Shown: positions 29,486 to 39,510 of the stretch, one piece after another
Layout of the letters: each line of letters starts with the position of its first letter
Position numbering within the stretch: position 1 is the stretch's first letter
NCBI GenBank assembly: GCA_963820525.1
Contig: CAWGAA010000001.1
Location: 1,920,001 to 1,984,000 of the forward strand
DNA from: an uncultured Spirochaetota bacterium
GTDB taxonomy: Bacteria > Spirochaetota > Spirochaetia > SZUA-6 > Fen-1364
Direction: 5' to 3'
Length of the DNA: 64,000 nucleotides
Position numbers and translations under genes: made by a program
The notes under the pieces: model-generated
The model's database searches: none
Told to the model about the DNA's origin: nothing
Seen by the model: only the letters and a program-made list of their open reading frames with translations

Positions 29486-30751
29486 TCACCATTCCCGCAG
29501 GGTGTCGGCCGGCCTCTCCCGAGACGCCCGCAGGGACGGGTACAGGGAGGCGAGGAACGCGAAGGCGGGAACGAAGACGATGATCGGCAGCGCGCAATCC
29601 GGGTTGAAGAGGAAGCGGAACTCGCTGCCCGTGGAATAGCTCATGGGGGGCGTGACGGTGAAGGTGATGCCGGAGAGCCACTTTACCAGCCCCAGGGCCG
29701 CGCCGGTGCCGAGCGCTCCGAAGAAAATCGAGATGATGAAGATCTCCACAACGAAGAGCCCCACGATCCGGCCCCGGGAGAATCCAATGGCGCGCATCGT
29801 GCCGATCTCCTGGCGCCGCTCCAGGCCCATCATGAAGATGATGTTCATGGTGACGATGCCGGCGATCACCATGATGATGACGATGAAGAACGTGTTGGTG
29901 ATCCCATAGATGGATTGGGCGGCGGTGATGAAGCTGCCCATCTTGTCGTAGGTGGTGGTCTTCAGGCGGTCCGCCTGGGGAAGCGCCGCATCGAGGGCCG
30001 GGCCCAGGAGGCGGGCCACGGCGGCCGTCTGGCGCTTGTCTTGGAGGTACAGGACGGCGTCCGTGGCGCCTCCATCGATTCCGAGGAGCTCCCGGGCCGC
30101 GGCAAGGTCTATGTAGGGTGAATCGAAATTGAAGCCGTACTTCCACGTCATGCCGGGATCTCCGACTCCGACCACGGTGAGACCCACGTCGGCCGAATAG
30201 CCATCCTGGCTCTGGCCCATGAGGCCGAGGGTGTCCCCCACTTTGGCGTTGAGATTAGTAGCTATGGCGGTGGGCAGGACAATGCAATGGTCATCCCCCG
30301 GCTGGAGCATGCGCCCGGAGGTAAGCCTGAAGCTTTCACCGACAAACCTGTCCGAAGTATCCGTGGCCAGGAGAAGCGCCCCGGTGGTTTCCGTGTCCGA
30401 TACCAGCATCCCCGTGGCGCGGATCCGCGGCACGAGGACCGCGCCGGGCACGCGCCGGGAGACGAGGTCCTGGACGGTTTTCAGTGTTTGCGCCGAGATG
30501 AGGTACTTCCCCGCCCCTTCCCAGGGGTTTTCCACGGAGAGCATGTCCTTTTCGGGATTGGAAGCGGGCCTGAATTGGACGTGTCCCGTGGCGCTGGAGA
30601 TGACAAGATCCTGCATTCCCTCACGCACCGTGAACGAGAAGGCATTGGACATCACGATCATGAAGGCGATTGCCAGCACGAAGATTCCCAGGGTGAGAGC
30701 GCGGGCCTTATTGTGGAAGATGTTCTTCATGCACAGGCCGAAGATGCTCAT
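29486..30751 (-). CDS. ABC transporter permease (FtsX/LolE-like)
   Basis: ERRQEIGTMRAIG, ASLYPSLRAS. Confidence 0.85.
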   Translation of the reverse strand: MSIFGLCMKNIFHNKARALTLGIFVLAIAFMIVMSNAFSFTVREGMQDLVISSATGHVQFRPASNPEKDMLSVENPWEGAGKYLISAQTLKTVQDLVSRRVPGAVLVPRIRATGMLVSDTETTGALLLATDTSDRFVGESFRLTSGRMLQPGDDHCIVLPTAIATNLNAKVGDTLGLMGQSQDGYSADVGLTVVGVGDPGMTWKYGFNFDSPYIDLAAARELLGIDGGATDAVLYLQDKRQTAAVARLLGPALDAALPQADRLKTTTYDKMGSFITAAQSIYGITNTFFIVIIMVIAGIVTMNIIFMMGLERRQEIGTMRAIGFSRGRIVGLFVVEIFIISIFFGALGTGAALGLVKWLSGITFTVTPPMSYSTGSEFRFLFNPDCALPIIVFVPAFAFLASLYPSLRASRERPADTLREW

Positions 30752-31434
30752 CGCCGCTCCTCCCCAGTCAGGGCGCCGTCCTCCAGCCTGAGCACCCTGT
30801 CGGCCTTCCCGATGATCTTGGGGTCGTGGGAGGAAAAGACGAACGTTGTCCCTTCCTCGCGGTTGATGGCATGCATCAGCTCCACGATCTCGATGCCCGT
30901 CTTGGAGTCGAGGTTGGCAGTGGGCTCGTCCGCGAGCACGATGGCGGGCTTGGTTACCAGGGCGCGGGCAACGGCCACGCGCTGTCTCTGCCCTCCCGAA
31001 AGCTCGGAGGGCTTCTGCTTTTCCTGGTCCTCCAGGCCCACCTCATTCATGAAGTGCCTGACCCTCTCGCGCCTCTCCTTCAGGCTCACCTCGGGTACGA
31101 TGAGCAGCGGAAGCTCGATGTTCTCGTACACGTTGAGCACGGGGATCAGGTTGAAGGACTGGAAGATGAAGCCGATGGTGTAGAGCCTGAGGCGGTTGAG
31201 CTCGCGCTCGCTGAGGGTTGAAACGGCCTTGCCGGCCACCTCCACCTCGCCTTCCGTGGGGTGGTCCAGACAGCCGATCAGGTTGAGCAGCGTGGATTTC
31301 CCCGAGCCGGAGGCACCTGCGATGGTGACGAACTCCCCCTTCTCGACGTCCAGGGTCACCCCTTTGAGGGCGTGCACAACGGTCTTTTCCAGGTGATAAT
31401 CCTTGATAACCTTCTTGAGTCTCACTGTCGACAT
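30748..31434 (-). CDS. ABC transporter ATP-binding protein (LolD-like)
   Basis: GASGSGKST, GFIFQSFNLIP, LSGGQRQR, ADEPTANLD. Confidence 0.9.
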   Translation of the reverse strand: MSTVRLKKVIKDYHLEKTVVHALKGVTLDVEKGEFVTIAGASGSGKSTLLNLIGCLDHPTEGEVEVAGKAVSTLSERELNRLRLYTIGFIFQSFNLIPVLNVYENIELPLLIVPEVSLKERRERVRHFMNEVGLEDQEKQKPSELSGGQRQRVAVARALVTKPAIVLADEPTANLDSKTGIEIVELMHAINREEGTTFVFSSHDPKIIGKADRVLRLEDGALTGEERR

Positions 31435-31547
31435 GATCTTTTTCCCTTTCCTTTATATGGGCGCCCGCCATGGTCCACGGATGGACGTACAGCGGCGCGG
31501 CCATGGATGGCCGGGCGCCGCGCCAGCGGCGGGCGGCGCCTGGTCTT

Positions 31548-32294
31548 TTATCTCAGCAATCCCTGCTGCACGTATGACGGCGTGAAAATCTGATCCCCGA
31601 GTGAAAGCCCTTCCTTCACGCTTTCCACGGAGATCTCGGATTTGTATTCGGGGTTCTCCTCGTTCACGATTGACATCAGGCTCGGCCTGGCGCGCGAGCC
31701 GAGCTTTCGAATCTCGCCGAACGTCATGGTCCTGAGCTTTCGGCCGGACAGCGCAAAGTACTCGCGCTTGATGGGCATGCTTGTCTTCTTGTCTATCCAG
31801 CAGACGATCTTGTCATAGGAGATGGAGCGGTCCTTTGCCTTGAGCTCGATCTTCCACGCGGCGCGGCCGTTCGCCTCTTCGGTTGTCGCCGAGATGACGG
31901 TATAGTCGCGGGCCAGGTCTACACGCATGATGTCGGCGTTGGACGCCTCCCCGCCCATGCTCGTATCCTTGGTTCCGATGCGGGTGATCTTCTTGGACCT
32001 GGGCAGGTACATCCACATGTCGTCCCCGGACCGGATGAACGCTTCGCCCTTCTGGATGGGCGGATCGAGGAAGATTGCCACCATCTTGTCTTCTCTGCGG
32101 TACACGTGAGTCCGGTTGCGCGTGGGGGCCTTGTCCGGCTTGAAGTTGGACATGATCATCCACGCCTCGTACTCCGCGGGGTACAGGAGGCGGTCCGTTT
32201 CCGCGACGTATTTCAGCGCCTCGTCAGACGCCATCTCCTGGGCGCCGCACAGGGTGGCGACAAGCAGGGCCAGGGGAATCAGAAGTCGTTTCAT
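31548..32294 (-). CDS. Outer membrane lipoprotein-sorting protein (LolA-like)
   Basis: Signal peptide, DDMWMYLPRSKK..RI, G...SNAD, YDKI..WIDK; first gene of the operon. Confidence 0.8.
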   Translation of the reverse strand: MKRLLIPLALLVATLCGAQEMASDEALKYVAETDRLLYPAEYEAWMIMSNFKPDKAPTRNRTHVYRREDKMVAIFLDPPIQKGEAFIRSGDDMWMYLPRSKKITRIGTKDTSMGGEASNADIMRVDLARDYTVISATTEEANGRAAWKIELKAKDRSISYDKIVCWIDKKTSMPIKREYFALSGRKLRTMTFGEIRKLGSRARPSLMSIVNEENPEYKSEISVESVKEGLSLGDQIFTPSYVQQGLLR

Positions 32295-32565
32295 TGCACT
32301 CTCCAACGTTCCTATCGAACTACATATTCTGGATTTTCAAGGGCACGAGAACGTTATAAGTTAAACACCGTTGGCCTGGCTTTCCGATACCGGTAAGCCC
32401 CTATCGGCAGATCAATTCTCCCTTGAATCAAATATGTGAATCCTAAATAGCATAAGAATCATTTTATGTCAATAGTTTTTTTATTTTTTTAAGTCTTGGT
32501 TAATTAAATTAATAATAGCCTGGCGGGGGCTGCGGTCGAACCGGGCGGCCGGCTGGTCCGCCATT

Positions 32566-32994
32566 TCAAGAAGTTGCAGTTTCTTCAATGGTAATCTTCT
32601 TTTCTATGGGCGCGGCCTTGCGAAGCATGGCCATGACGGAGCAATACTTGGTCTCGCTCAACTCCACCGCCCGTTCCACGGCCGCGCGGTCTATCCGGGG
32701 CCCTCTCACCACGTATTCCACCAGGATGCGCGTGAATACCTTGGGGTGCTCCTCGGAGCGGTCTCCATGCACCCGAACCTCGAATCCCGAGACCTCCTGC
32801 CTCTTTTTCTGGAGTATCGAAATGACGTCCATCCCCGTGCAGCCGGCAAGCGAGATCAGTGCAAGCTCGGTCGGCCGAAGCCCATTCTCCCCTCCCGAAG
32901 TATCCGCGCCGGACCCGAGAGGTATGGAAAGGCCGCTCGCGGACCCCGTTGCTGTGAAACTGAGACCGCTCTTCCAAACCGCCGTGGCATCCAT
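32566..32994 (-). CDS. OsmC family protein
   Basis: RPTEL...LAGCTGMDV, HPKVFT, KYCSV. Confidence 0.9.
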   Translation of the reverse strand: MDATAVWKSGLSFTATGSASGLSIPLGSGADTSGGENGLRPTELALISLAGCTGMDVISILQKKRQEVSGFEVRVHGDRSEEHPKVFTRILVEYVVRGPRIDRAAVERAVELSETKYCSVMAMLRKAAPIEKKITIEETATS

Positions 32995-33100
32995 AGGTGC
33001 ACCTCCGCGCACTATAAAAGGTACCTCACTATCATTTGACGATCCAGCGGAAAGCTCGGTATCTTCATGTTCAACGACTCGTGTAATGGAGAACGGCGGC

Positions 33101-33928
33101 ATGCAAATCGTAAGCGCATTGAAAGCAGTGGTGCTCGGCATTGTGGAAGGGGTGACCGAGTTTCTCCCCATCAGCAGCACAGGGCACCTCATCATCGTCG
33201 AACAGCTGGTCAAGCTCTCACAGGATGCGGCCTTCGTAACGGCCTTCGAGGTTGTCATCCAGCTCGGAGCGGTGCTGGCCATCGTGGTCCTGTTCTGGAA
33301 GGTGCTCTGGCCGTGGGCCTCCCCGAAAGAGACGCGCCCCCAGACGTGGCGGCTCTGGGGCCGGGTGATCATCGGCATCATCCCGGCGTTCATCTTCGGC
33401 TTTCTCCTGGACAAGGTGATCACGGAGAAGCTCTTCACGCCTATCGTTGTGGCCATCACCCTGGTGTTCTACGGCGTGGTTCTCATCGTGATCGAGCAGA
33501 TCCTCAAGCGGCGGTCCGGAGAGCGGATGGCGGACGTTCACACGATTCCGCTCCTCATCGCGCTGGGCATCGGCCTCTTCCAGGTGCTCGCCCTCATTCC
33601 CGGCACATCGCGCTCCGCGGCCACCATCATCGGCGGCATGCTCCTGGGCCTGGAACGGGCGGCAGCGGCGGAGTTCTCCTTCTTCCTGGCGGTGCCGGTC
33701 ATGGTGGGCGCGAGCGGCCTCACCCTCATGCGGCAGGGCATCCATTTCACCAAAAGCGAATGGGCCCTCATGGCGATCGGCTTTATCGTCTCCTTTGTGG
33801 TGGCGCTCTTCGTGGTGCGCGCCTTCATGAACTTCGTTCGAAAGAGGAACTTCACGCCGTTCGGCATCTACCGCATCGCCCTGGGCGCCGTGGTGATCAT
33901 CCTGTACTCGCTCAAAGTGCTGATGTAA
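33101..33928 (+). CDS. uppP: Undecaprenyl-diphosphatase
   Basis: GIVEGVTEFLPISSTGHL, PGTSRSAATI, AEFSFFLA. Confidence 0.95.
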   Translation: MQIVSALKAVVLGIVEGVTEFLPISSTGHLIIVEQLVKLSQDAAFVTAFEVVIQLGAVLAIVVLFWKVLWPWASPKETRPQTWRLWGRVIIGIIPAFIFGFLLDKVITEKLFTPIVVAITLVFYGVVLIVIEQILKRRSGERMADVHTIPLLIALGIGLFQVLALIPGTSRSAATIIGGMLLGLERAAAAEFSFFLAVPVMVGASGLTLMRQGIHFTKSEWALMAIGFIVSFVVALFVVRAFMNFVRKRNFTPFGIYRIALGAVVIILYSLKVLM

Positions 33929-34215
33929 AAGAGCGCCTGGCCCAGAGACGCGGGCGAGGCACGATGTTTCTATGGACGCTGCCGGCCTTTCTGTCGCGCC
34001 AAGGGCCTCCTCTGCTTGCGAGGCGACCCTGTTGCCTCATCTAGAAATCTTCCCCAAAGGCGGCGTCTTGACGGCCTTACCCCCGTGCCTGATAATGGCC
34101 TCAAAATAAAGCTCAGGAGCATGTCCTGAAACGGGGGAGCCCGTTTCGGCGGCCTCTCGTTTAATAAAGTTGCACTCTCATGAGATTTCCGCAATGTGTG
34201 GACCAAGGAATCTCT

Positions 34216-35184
34216 CTACAAGCGGCCGTCAAGGGGACTCTTGATGGCGATGCCCGGCTTCTTCATGACATGGGTATAAATCATGGTGGTTGACACGTCG
34301 CTGTGGCCCAAGAGCTCCTGCACCGTGCGGATATCAGTGCCGGTTTCCAGCAAATGTGTCGCAAAACAATGGCGAAATGTGTGGCAGCCGATGGGCTTAA
34401 CGATACCGGCAAGTTTCCCCGCTCTCTTGACGGCGCGCTGAAGCACGGATTCATGGACATGATGTCTTCTGCGTGTTCCGGTTTGGGGGTCCGCAGATAG
34501 ACTCTTTGCGGGAAACACATATTGCCATGGCCACTCGGTTTCCGCCGAAGGGTGCTTTCTCGACAGAGCGTACGGAAGCTCGACACCCCCGAAACCTCGC
34601 TTGAGGAACTCCGTATGCAAGGCTTGCACCCTCACAAGATGCCTTTTCAGCTCCGCCACAAGTGCCACAGGAAGAACGGTAACGCGGTCCTTGAACCCCT
34701 TGCCCTCATGCACGGTGATCTGTTGCAGCTCAAAGTCGATATCTTTCACGCGCAGACTCAAACACTCCTTCAATCTCAGCCCGCTTCCGTAGAGAAGACC
34801 AGCCATGAGTCGAGTCTCTCCCGTCAGAACGGCCAACACTCTTTCAATCTCGTCGGCCGACAGCACCACGGGTATGCGTTTCGGGCGCCGGGCGCGGATG
34901 GCATCTATCGATCCGAGCTCTTTATGAATAACGTTCTTGTAGAAAAACACCAGAGCGTTGAGCGCCTGGTTCTGCGTCGAGGCGGAAACCCGTTCATTCA
35001 CGGCGAGATGATTGAGGAAGGCCTTGACTTCGACATCACCCATCGACTCAAGCGCACGTCTCTTGTGGAAATTGAAGAAGCGGCCAACCCAATTTACGTA
35101 GACTCGTTCTGTTTGAAGAGAGTAATGCCTCAGTCTCATTACATCTCTAAGATGATCTGAAAGCTGGTGCTTCTGTACGTCCAT
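34216..35184 (-). CDS. intI: Integron integrase (tyrosine recombinase)
   Basis: [26 protein letters not shown]...TTMIY, and the IntI-specific insertion [10 protein letters not shown]...WQYVFPA...RRHH; divergent from the cassette array. Confidence 0.95.
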   Translation of the reverse strand: MDVQKHQLSDHLRDVMRLRHYSLQTERVYVNWVGRFFNFHKRRALESMGDVEVKAFLNHLAVNERVSASTQNQALNALVFFYKNVIHKELGSIDAIRARRPKRIPVVLSADEIERVLAVLTGETRLMAGLLYGSGLRLKECLSLRVKDIDFELQQITVHEGKGFKDRVTVLPVALVAELKRHLVRVQALHTEFLKRGFGGVELPYALSRKHPSAETEWPWQYVFPAKSLSADPQTGTRRRHHVHESVLQRAVKRAGKLAGIVKPIGCHTFRHCFATHLLETGTDIRTVQELLGHSDVSTTMIYTHVMKKPGIAIKSPLDGRL

Positions 35185-35569
35185 CAACGATGTCCTCCTG
35201 GTTTGAAGTTCTGGACGGCAAATCCAAGTGATGGTCTAATAACCAGCGCTATATTCAGCAATGACGGCTGGATTATTCATTCTGATTGAAAAAGAGAGCG
35301 TTTTTGCATAGATAGAATGGTGATTTCGGGCGCGAGAATTGATTAAGAAGTCTATGGTAGGCAAATAGCGTGCATATCCAACTGCAATCGGCCTATTAAC
35401 GTACGGATAGATGTAATAAACTCTATAAGGGTTGCTTCCGAGCGATTCTGCGAATAGCAATACGCCAACGGAAGCAAGATGCACGGAAGCTATCGCGCGG
35501 AAAGGCTGTCATTCTAACGAATAAGCAGCGTTTCCCTGCGGAAAAGGTGGATATGAATGACTGAATGTC

Positions 35570-35598
35570 TTATTTTGCTAGATACTCAGTAGTTATGT
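35570..35598 (+). other. attI recombination site (crossover G|TT at 35592)
   Basis: GTTATGTCTC at 35592 is the exact reverse complement of GAGACATAAC at the end of cassette 1; no attC structure upstream of it. The left boundary is approximate. Confidence 0.75.
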
Positions 35599-35710
35599 CT
35601 CTCTATTTTTGGATAACGGGCGCTGTAAGGTATACTCACTGGCAGCATCCCAGATTACCACTTGCAGAACATCAGTCGTGGTGGTAAGTTTATATTGAAA
35701 GGAGAGATCT

Positions 35711-36565
35711 GTGAGATTCAACATCGTTAGTCTATCAATCATTCTATCAATCTTTGCAACATCCACATGGGCACAGACCAACGTTGAGACTTATGGGGTC
35801 ACCTATAGGACAATAGATGGCAAAGAGCTTCAAATGGATATTCAGAGGCCTCAACCTGTGGGTGTTCCGAAACCAGTAATCGTATTTCTTTGCGGTAACG
35901 GCTGGGGATATGAGAGGACTATAAACCGCGAATCATTCTGGTATGCTCTGGACCTTGCTAATGAACATGGATATGTCGCAGTCACCGTAGACTACAGCTC
36001 ATCAGCGCAGAACTCCAACGGCAGGCCAATTGGAACTTTTCCGTCCCAAATCTATGACGTTAAAAGTGCTATACGCTTTCTGAAGGCAAATGCAAAGCAG
36101 TACGATATCGATCCAACTCGGATTGGAGTCATTGGCTTCTCATCAGGAGGAAACTTGGCGCTGCTACTCGCGCTTACGCTTCCGGCAGATGGACTCGAGG
36201 GGCATGACGACTATCTCCAGTATTCCAGCTCAGTGCAAGCCGTTGTCAATCTTTCGGGGGCAACAGATCTAGTTAGTTGGAATAAAGAGCCATTTGTCAG
36301 TGCATATTTGGGAGGCTCTCTTCAGGCAAAGCCAGAACAATACAAGAGAGCTAGTCCCATCAACTATGTGAAGCCAGGCATGGCGCCGGTCTTAACCATC
36401 CATGGGGAAAAGGATATGATTGTCTCCCCCGATCAGGCACGGATGCTTGACGCGCGAATGAAAGAAGTGGGCGCGTCTCACACTTTGATTATTAAAAGTG
36501 ACTTAGGTCATAATGATGAGATTGATCAGAATGTATGGGATTTCTTGGAGAAAGCTCTAAAATAA
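35711..36565 (+). CDS. Cassette 1: secreted alpha/beta hydrolase (esterase/lipase, BD-FAE-like)
   Basis: RBS GAAAGGAG, signal peptide, DVKSAIRFL, GFSSGG nucleophile elbow, HGEKD, C-terminal His. Confidence 0.85.
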   Translation: MRFNIVSLSIILSIFATSTWAQTNVETYGVTYRTIDGKELQMDIQRPQPVGVPKPVIVFLCGNGWGYERTINRESFWYALDLANEHGYVAVTVDYSSSAQNSNGRPIGTFPSQIYDVKSAIRFLKANAKQYDIDPTRIGVIGFSSGGNLALLLALTLPADGLEGHDDYLQYSSSVQAVVNLSGATDLVSWNKEPFVSAYLGGSLQAKPEQYKRASPINYVKPGMAPVLTIHGEKDMIVSPDQARMLDARMKEVGASHTLIIKSDLGHNDEIDQNVWDFLEKALK

Positions 36566-36603
36566 CTTATCGGCGTAAAAGGACGAAAATTCAGCCAGGA
36601 GAG

Positions 36604-36719
36604 ACATAACATGCTGTTGGAGCAGACCGCTTAGGCTACGCGTCGTTACTAATTCATACGTGTGCTAAAGTAATTGTACCTGTATGATGCTGCGCGGCTG
36701 CTCAACAGCGTCGTTAGGC
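36604..36719 (+). other. attC site 1 (116 bp)
   Basis: ACATAAC-ATGCTGTTGGAGCAGACCGC...GCGGCTGCTCAACAGCGTC-GTTAGGC imperfect palindrome. Confidence 0.9.
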
Positions 36720-36798
36720 GTCCATAAAAATGGCTGTAGCGGTTTGAAAGAGTCTTTCACTCCTACAAGATTCAAGAACCTTACCTGGAAAGACACCA

Positions 36799-37278
36799 TC
36801 ATTCACCGGTTGATTCTGGTGGCTGCCAACCATCTGTACCTAGAAAAGCATTGACATCCACTCCTAGCCCCCTAGATAGTGCACATACTGATTGCCATAG
36901 AGGCTTTGTCCTGGTTCCTTGCTCAAGTTGCCGGATGGTACCGACATCTAGACCTGAGTTACTGGCGAGGCTTTCCTGAGTTTGCCTTGCTTGTTCCCGA
37001 AGACGCTTCAACCTAGAGCCAAATGGCTCGTCGCGAACCCATCGATCATGAATCCACGAGCAAGAAATCACCTCCATTGTGACGTTTTCATGATGGCGTC
37101 GCGAGGGAACAGGGGAATCTTTGGCTAGTAGGCCGCTGTCAATCAGCTCTCGATGAAGCTTTTCGTAGAAGCTGACATTACTTATATCTCCATAGCTACG
37201 GTGTCCCCAAGCTCCTTTTATGAGCCAATCTCCTTTCTCACCCTTGATCTTTGTAGGCCTAAGAATTAATGATCCCAT
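36799..37278 (-). CDS. Cassette 2: XRE/Cro-C1 HTH protein in inverted orientation
   Basis: C-terminal FGSRLKRLREQARQTQESLA...TIRQLEQG...LSRGLGV; RBS AAGGAGG. Confidence 0.8.
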   Translation of the reverse strand: MGSLILRPTKIKGEKGDWLIKGAWGHRSYGDISNVSFYEKLHRELIDSGLLAKDSPVPSRRHHENVTMEVISCSWIHDRWVRDEPFGSRLKRLREQARQTQESLASNSGLDVGTIRQLEQGTRTKPLWQSVCALSRGLGVDVNAFLGTDGWQPPESTGE

Positions 37279-37301
37279 GACAGCTCAATCCTCCTTGCAC
37301 A

Positions 37302-37331
37302 ACTATATCATATGTGGTAGAACTATGTCAA
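37302..37331 (-). promoter_or_regulatory. Cassette-internal promoter for the HTH gene
   Basis: TTGACA-N18-TATAGT with extended TG; overlapping GTAGAA(A)CTAT direct repeats. Confidence 0.6.
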
Positions 37332-37450
37332 CTGTAGTAGAAACTATTATAGGGCACTTCCGAAAAAGGAATAAATCGCTTGAACCAACAGCTTGTTACG
37401 GAGAAAATTGCCATAGCTAATAGTCGCCCAGATTGGCAATAAAGCTGGAC

Positions 37451-37567
37451 GCCTAACATGCTGTTGGAGTTGACCCCTTAGGTTGCATTTGGGAAGTGCG
37501 ACATCTCGTTGCTAAACCTCCGCTACCCTGCTTCGGGCGGCGGGGCAACTCAACAGCGTCGTTATCC
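37451..37567 (+). other. attC site 2 (117 bp)
   Basis: GCCTAAC-ATGCTGTTGGAGTTGACCCC...GGGGCAACTCAACAGCGTC-GTTATCC. Confidence 0.9.
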
Positions 37568-37996
37568 CCCCTGAATACTAGCTTTGTGCAACAGACATTC
37601 TTTTCAAATCATTTGATGATAAAAGATCCTACATAAGCGAACGACTTATAGCGACCGTCATGTTTGATCGATCAGACCTACTATCGAAAAAGCAGGGCGA
37701 ATATCTCCGGAAGTTCGGCGCCCCCCCTAACATATCCTCATGGCATTTTACCTGACCACACCGGCAGTTACCATATCCTACCGAAATATAATGTGTTTAT
37801 GGCCACCCGTCGTATTTTATCTATCAGTAGCTTGGCAGCAGTATTCTCCGGGGGCTTATAAGGAAGTCAACGCTACGCGTCATAAGACTTGCAAGACTTC
37901 ATAGATATATGGATAATGATTACCTTCACGCAAGAGATTGCATTGAACATTCTATTCGTGAAGTTTCGCAAAGCTGCGAACAGAAGGATTAATAGA

Positions 37997-38416
37997 ATGA
38001 CATCATGGGCATTCAACCCTCACTCTGGAGGAATAACGATATCCCCCACATTAAAAAGGGACATTGCCGAAAGGCTTGAAAAGCACGCGGCCTCGAATTA
38101 CAAAGGTCTGTATTTCCGGATAGACATCAGGTTCCGCGGGGTATTGTGCTATATAGACGCTTATAAAGAACCCAAACCGCCAGATAAGAAGCTTTTAGAG
38201 ATAAACCATGAGAGCATGCAAGCCTACACTGAGAGGATGCGGAACTTCCCAATACATATTGGCAGAATCCGGCATTTCGGAGATGACAGATGGAGCTATG
38301 CATTCTACACCTACAGCAATGAACGCTATGAACCTGCGACATTTGGAAATGGAGAATGGTTTGGTACCCCAGAAGAGGCGTTCGATATCGGTGCAAGGTA
38401 TCTCATGGATGAATAA
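37997..38416 (+). CDS. Cassette 3: hypothetical protein
   Basis: MTSWAFNPHSGG...RFRGVLCYIDAY...RWSYAFYTYSNERYEP; stop abuts attC3; the ORF may extend to 37889. Confidence 0.7.
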   Translation: MTSWAFNPHSGGITISPTLKRDIAERLEKHAASNYKGLYFRIDIRFRGVLCYIDAYKEPKPPDKKLLEINHESMQAYTERMRNFPIHIGRIRHFGDDRWSYAFYTYSNERYEPATFGNGEWFGTPEEAFDIGARYLMDE

Positions 38417-38424
38417 TTCAGGGG

Positions 38425-38541
38425 GGATAACAAATCGCTGGAGCAGACGCCTTGACCTACGCTTGAGAACTGGAAGCTACGCACGCTAAACTGAGGCCGC
38501 GGGGCGGTGGTCGGCGGCGCTGCTCAGCTCTATCGTTATGT
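38425..38541 (+). other. attC site 3 (117 bp, AAATCG subtype)
   Basis: GGATAAC-AAATCGCTGGAGCAGACGCC...GGCGCTGCTCAGCTCTATC-GTTATGT. Confidence 0.9.
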
Positions 38542-38611
38542 GGCCGAAACTAGAACTCAGCCGTCATTCTTGATCCCGGGCAATCTGCTGATCATACAGA
38601 ATGGAGAAGAC

Positions 38612-39205
38612 ATGAAGTTCCCGACAGAACTAATAGCCGCGCTTGTAGGCGGTCTCTTCACACTGCTCGTGGCGGTCATCGCCTCTTTGATACAAGGGAG
38701 ACAATCCACAAGAATCCTAAGACTTCAGCTTGAGCATCAGGACAGGAAGGAGGCTACCTCTCAGAGAAGAAAGTACATTGAAGAGCTCTTTATTGCAGTT
38801 AAGCACTGGTTCGACATGATATTCATTGACAACATGAATTACCGCAGAGTTATGGATGGCAAGTTGACCTATAACCAAGCCCTCGACCTCACAATAAAGA
38901 ACATGGGGGATCAAGATTACGACTTTAAAAGAATCGAAATGATTATTTCTCTGTATTTCCCTACTCTAGAGGAAGACCGAAACGCAATAATGGATACTCA
39001 AAGCAGAGCAAGAGATATCATAGATGAATTTAAAAGAACCTACGAAAACGGAACGTACACGAGTGCGGAATCCTCCCTCCAGCTTGGGGGGGTTATTGAT
39101 GAGCTTCTCAAAAAGTACCGGACGCTGGAGGACGCTATCTTGAAGTTGGCAAGAAGCGAATCCAGAAGTTACCCTTTTCTCTCGGAAGGCAGGTCGGTGG
39201 AATAA
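38612..39205 (+). CDS. Cassette 4: hypothetical protein with N-terminal transmembrane helix
   Basis: RBS GGAG, MKFPTELIAALVGGLFTLLVAVIASLIQ, then a helical domain. Confidence 0.75.
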   Translation: MKFPTELIAALVGGLFTLLVAVIASLIQGRQSTRILRLQLEHQDRKEATSQRRKYIEELFIAVKHWFDMIFIDNMNYRRVMDGKLTYNQALDLTIKNMGDQDYDFKRIEMIISLYFPTLEEDRNAIMDTQSRARDIIDEFKRTYENGTYTSAESSLQLGGVIDELLKKYRTLEDAILKLARSESRSYPFLSEGRSVE

Positions 39206-39337
39206 TATTCCAATTGTCACAAAGGCTATTCCTATCGGAAAGTTCGGAAAGAATGATTGCCTATTGTTACGCTATTGCTCTTGCTCCAAGTATGATGATG
39301 ATTGTTCTATCCATTCATATTGCTGTACAAGGCGGCC

Positions 39338-39454
39338 ACATAACATGCTGTTGGAGTTGACCGCCTAGGCTACGCTTCGTTGCCAACAACTACGCGCGTT
39401 GGAGCTTTTGTTACTTGGATGATTCGGGGCGGCAACTCAACAGCGTCGTTAGGC
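39338..39454 (+). other. attC site 4 (117 bp)
   Basis: ACATAAC-ATGCTGTTGGAGTTGACCGCC...GGCGGCAACTCAACAGCGTC-GTTAGGC. Confidence 0.9.
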
Positions 39455-39510
39455 GCAAATTGAGGATCATGAGTGGAAGTCCGACTGCTTGACACAAAAG
39501 GAGACTTGTC

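Noticed and set aside
32330..32520. AT-rich patch as possible origin or foreign DNA
   Set aside because: Short, sits upstream of the LolA-like operon with a TTGACA on the minus strand; most simply a promoter region. No DnaA-box cluster seen.
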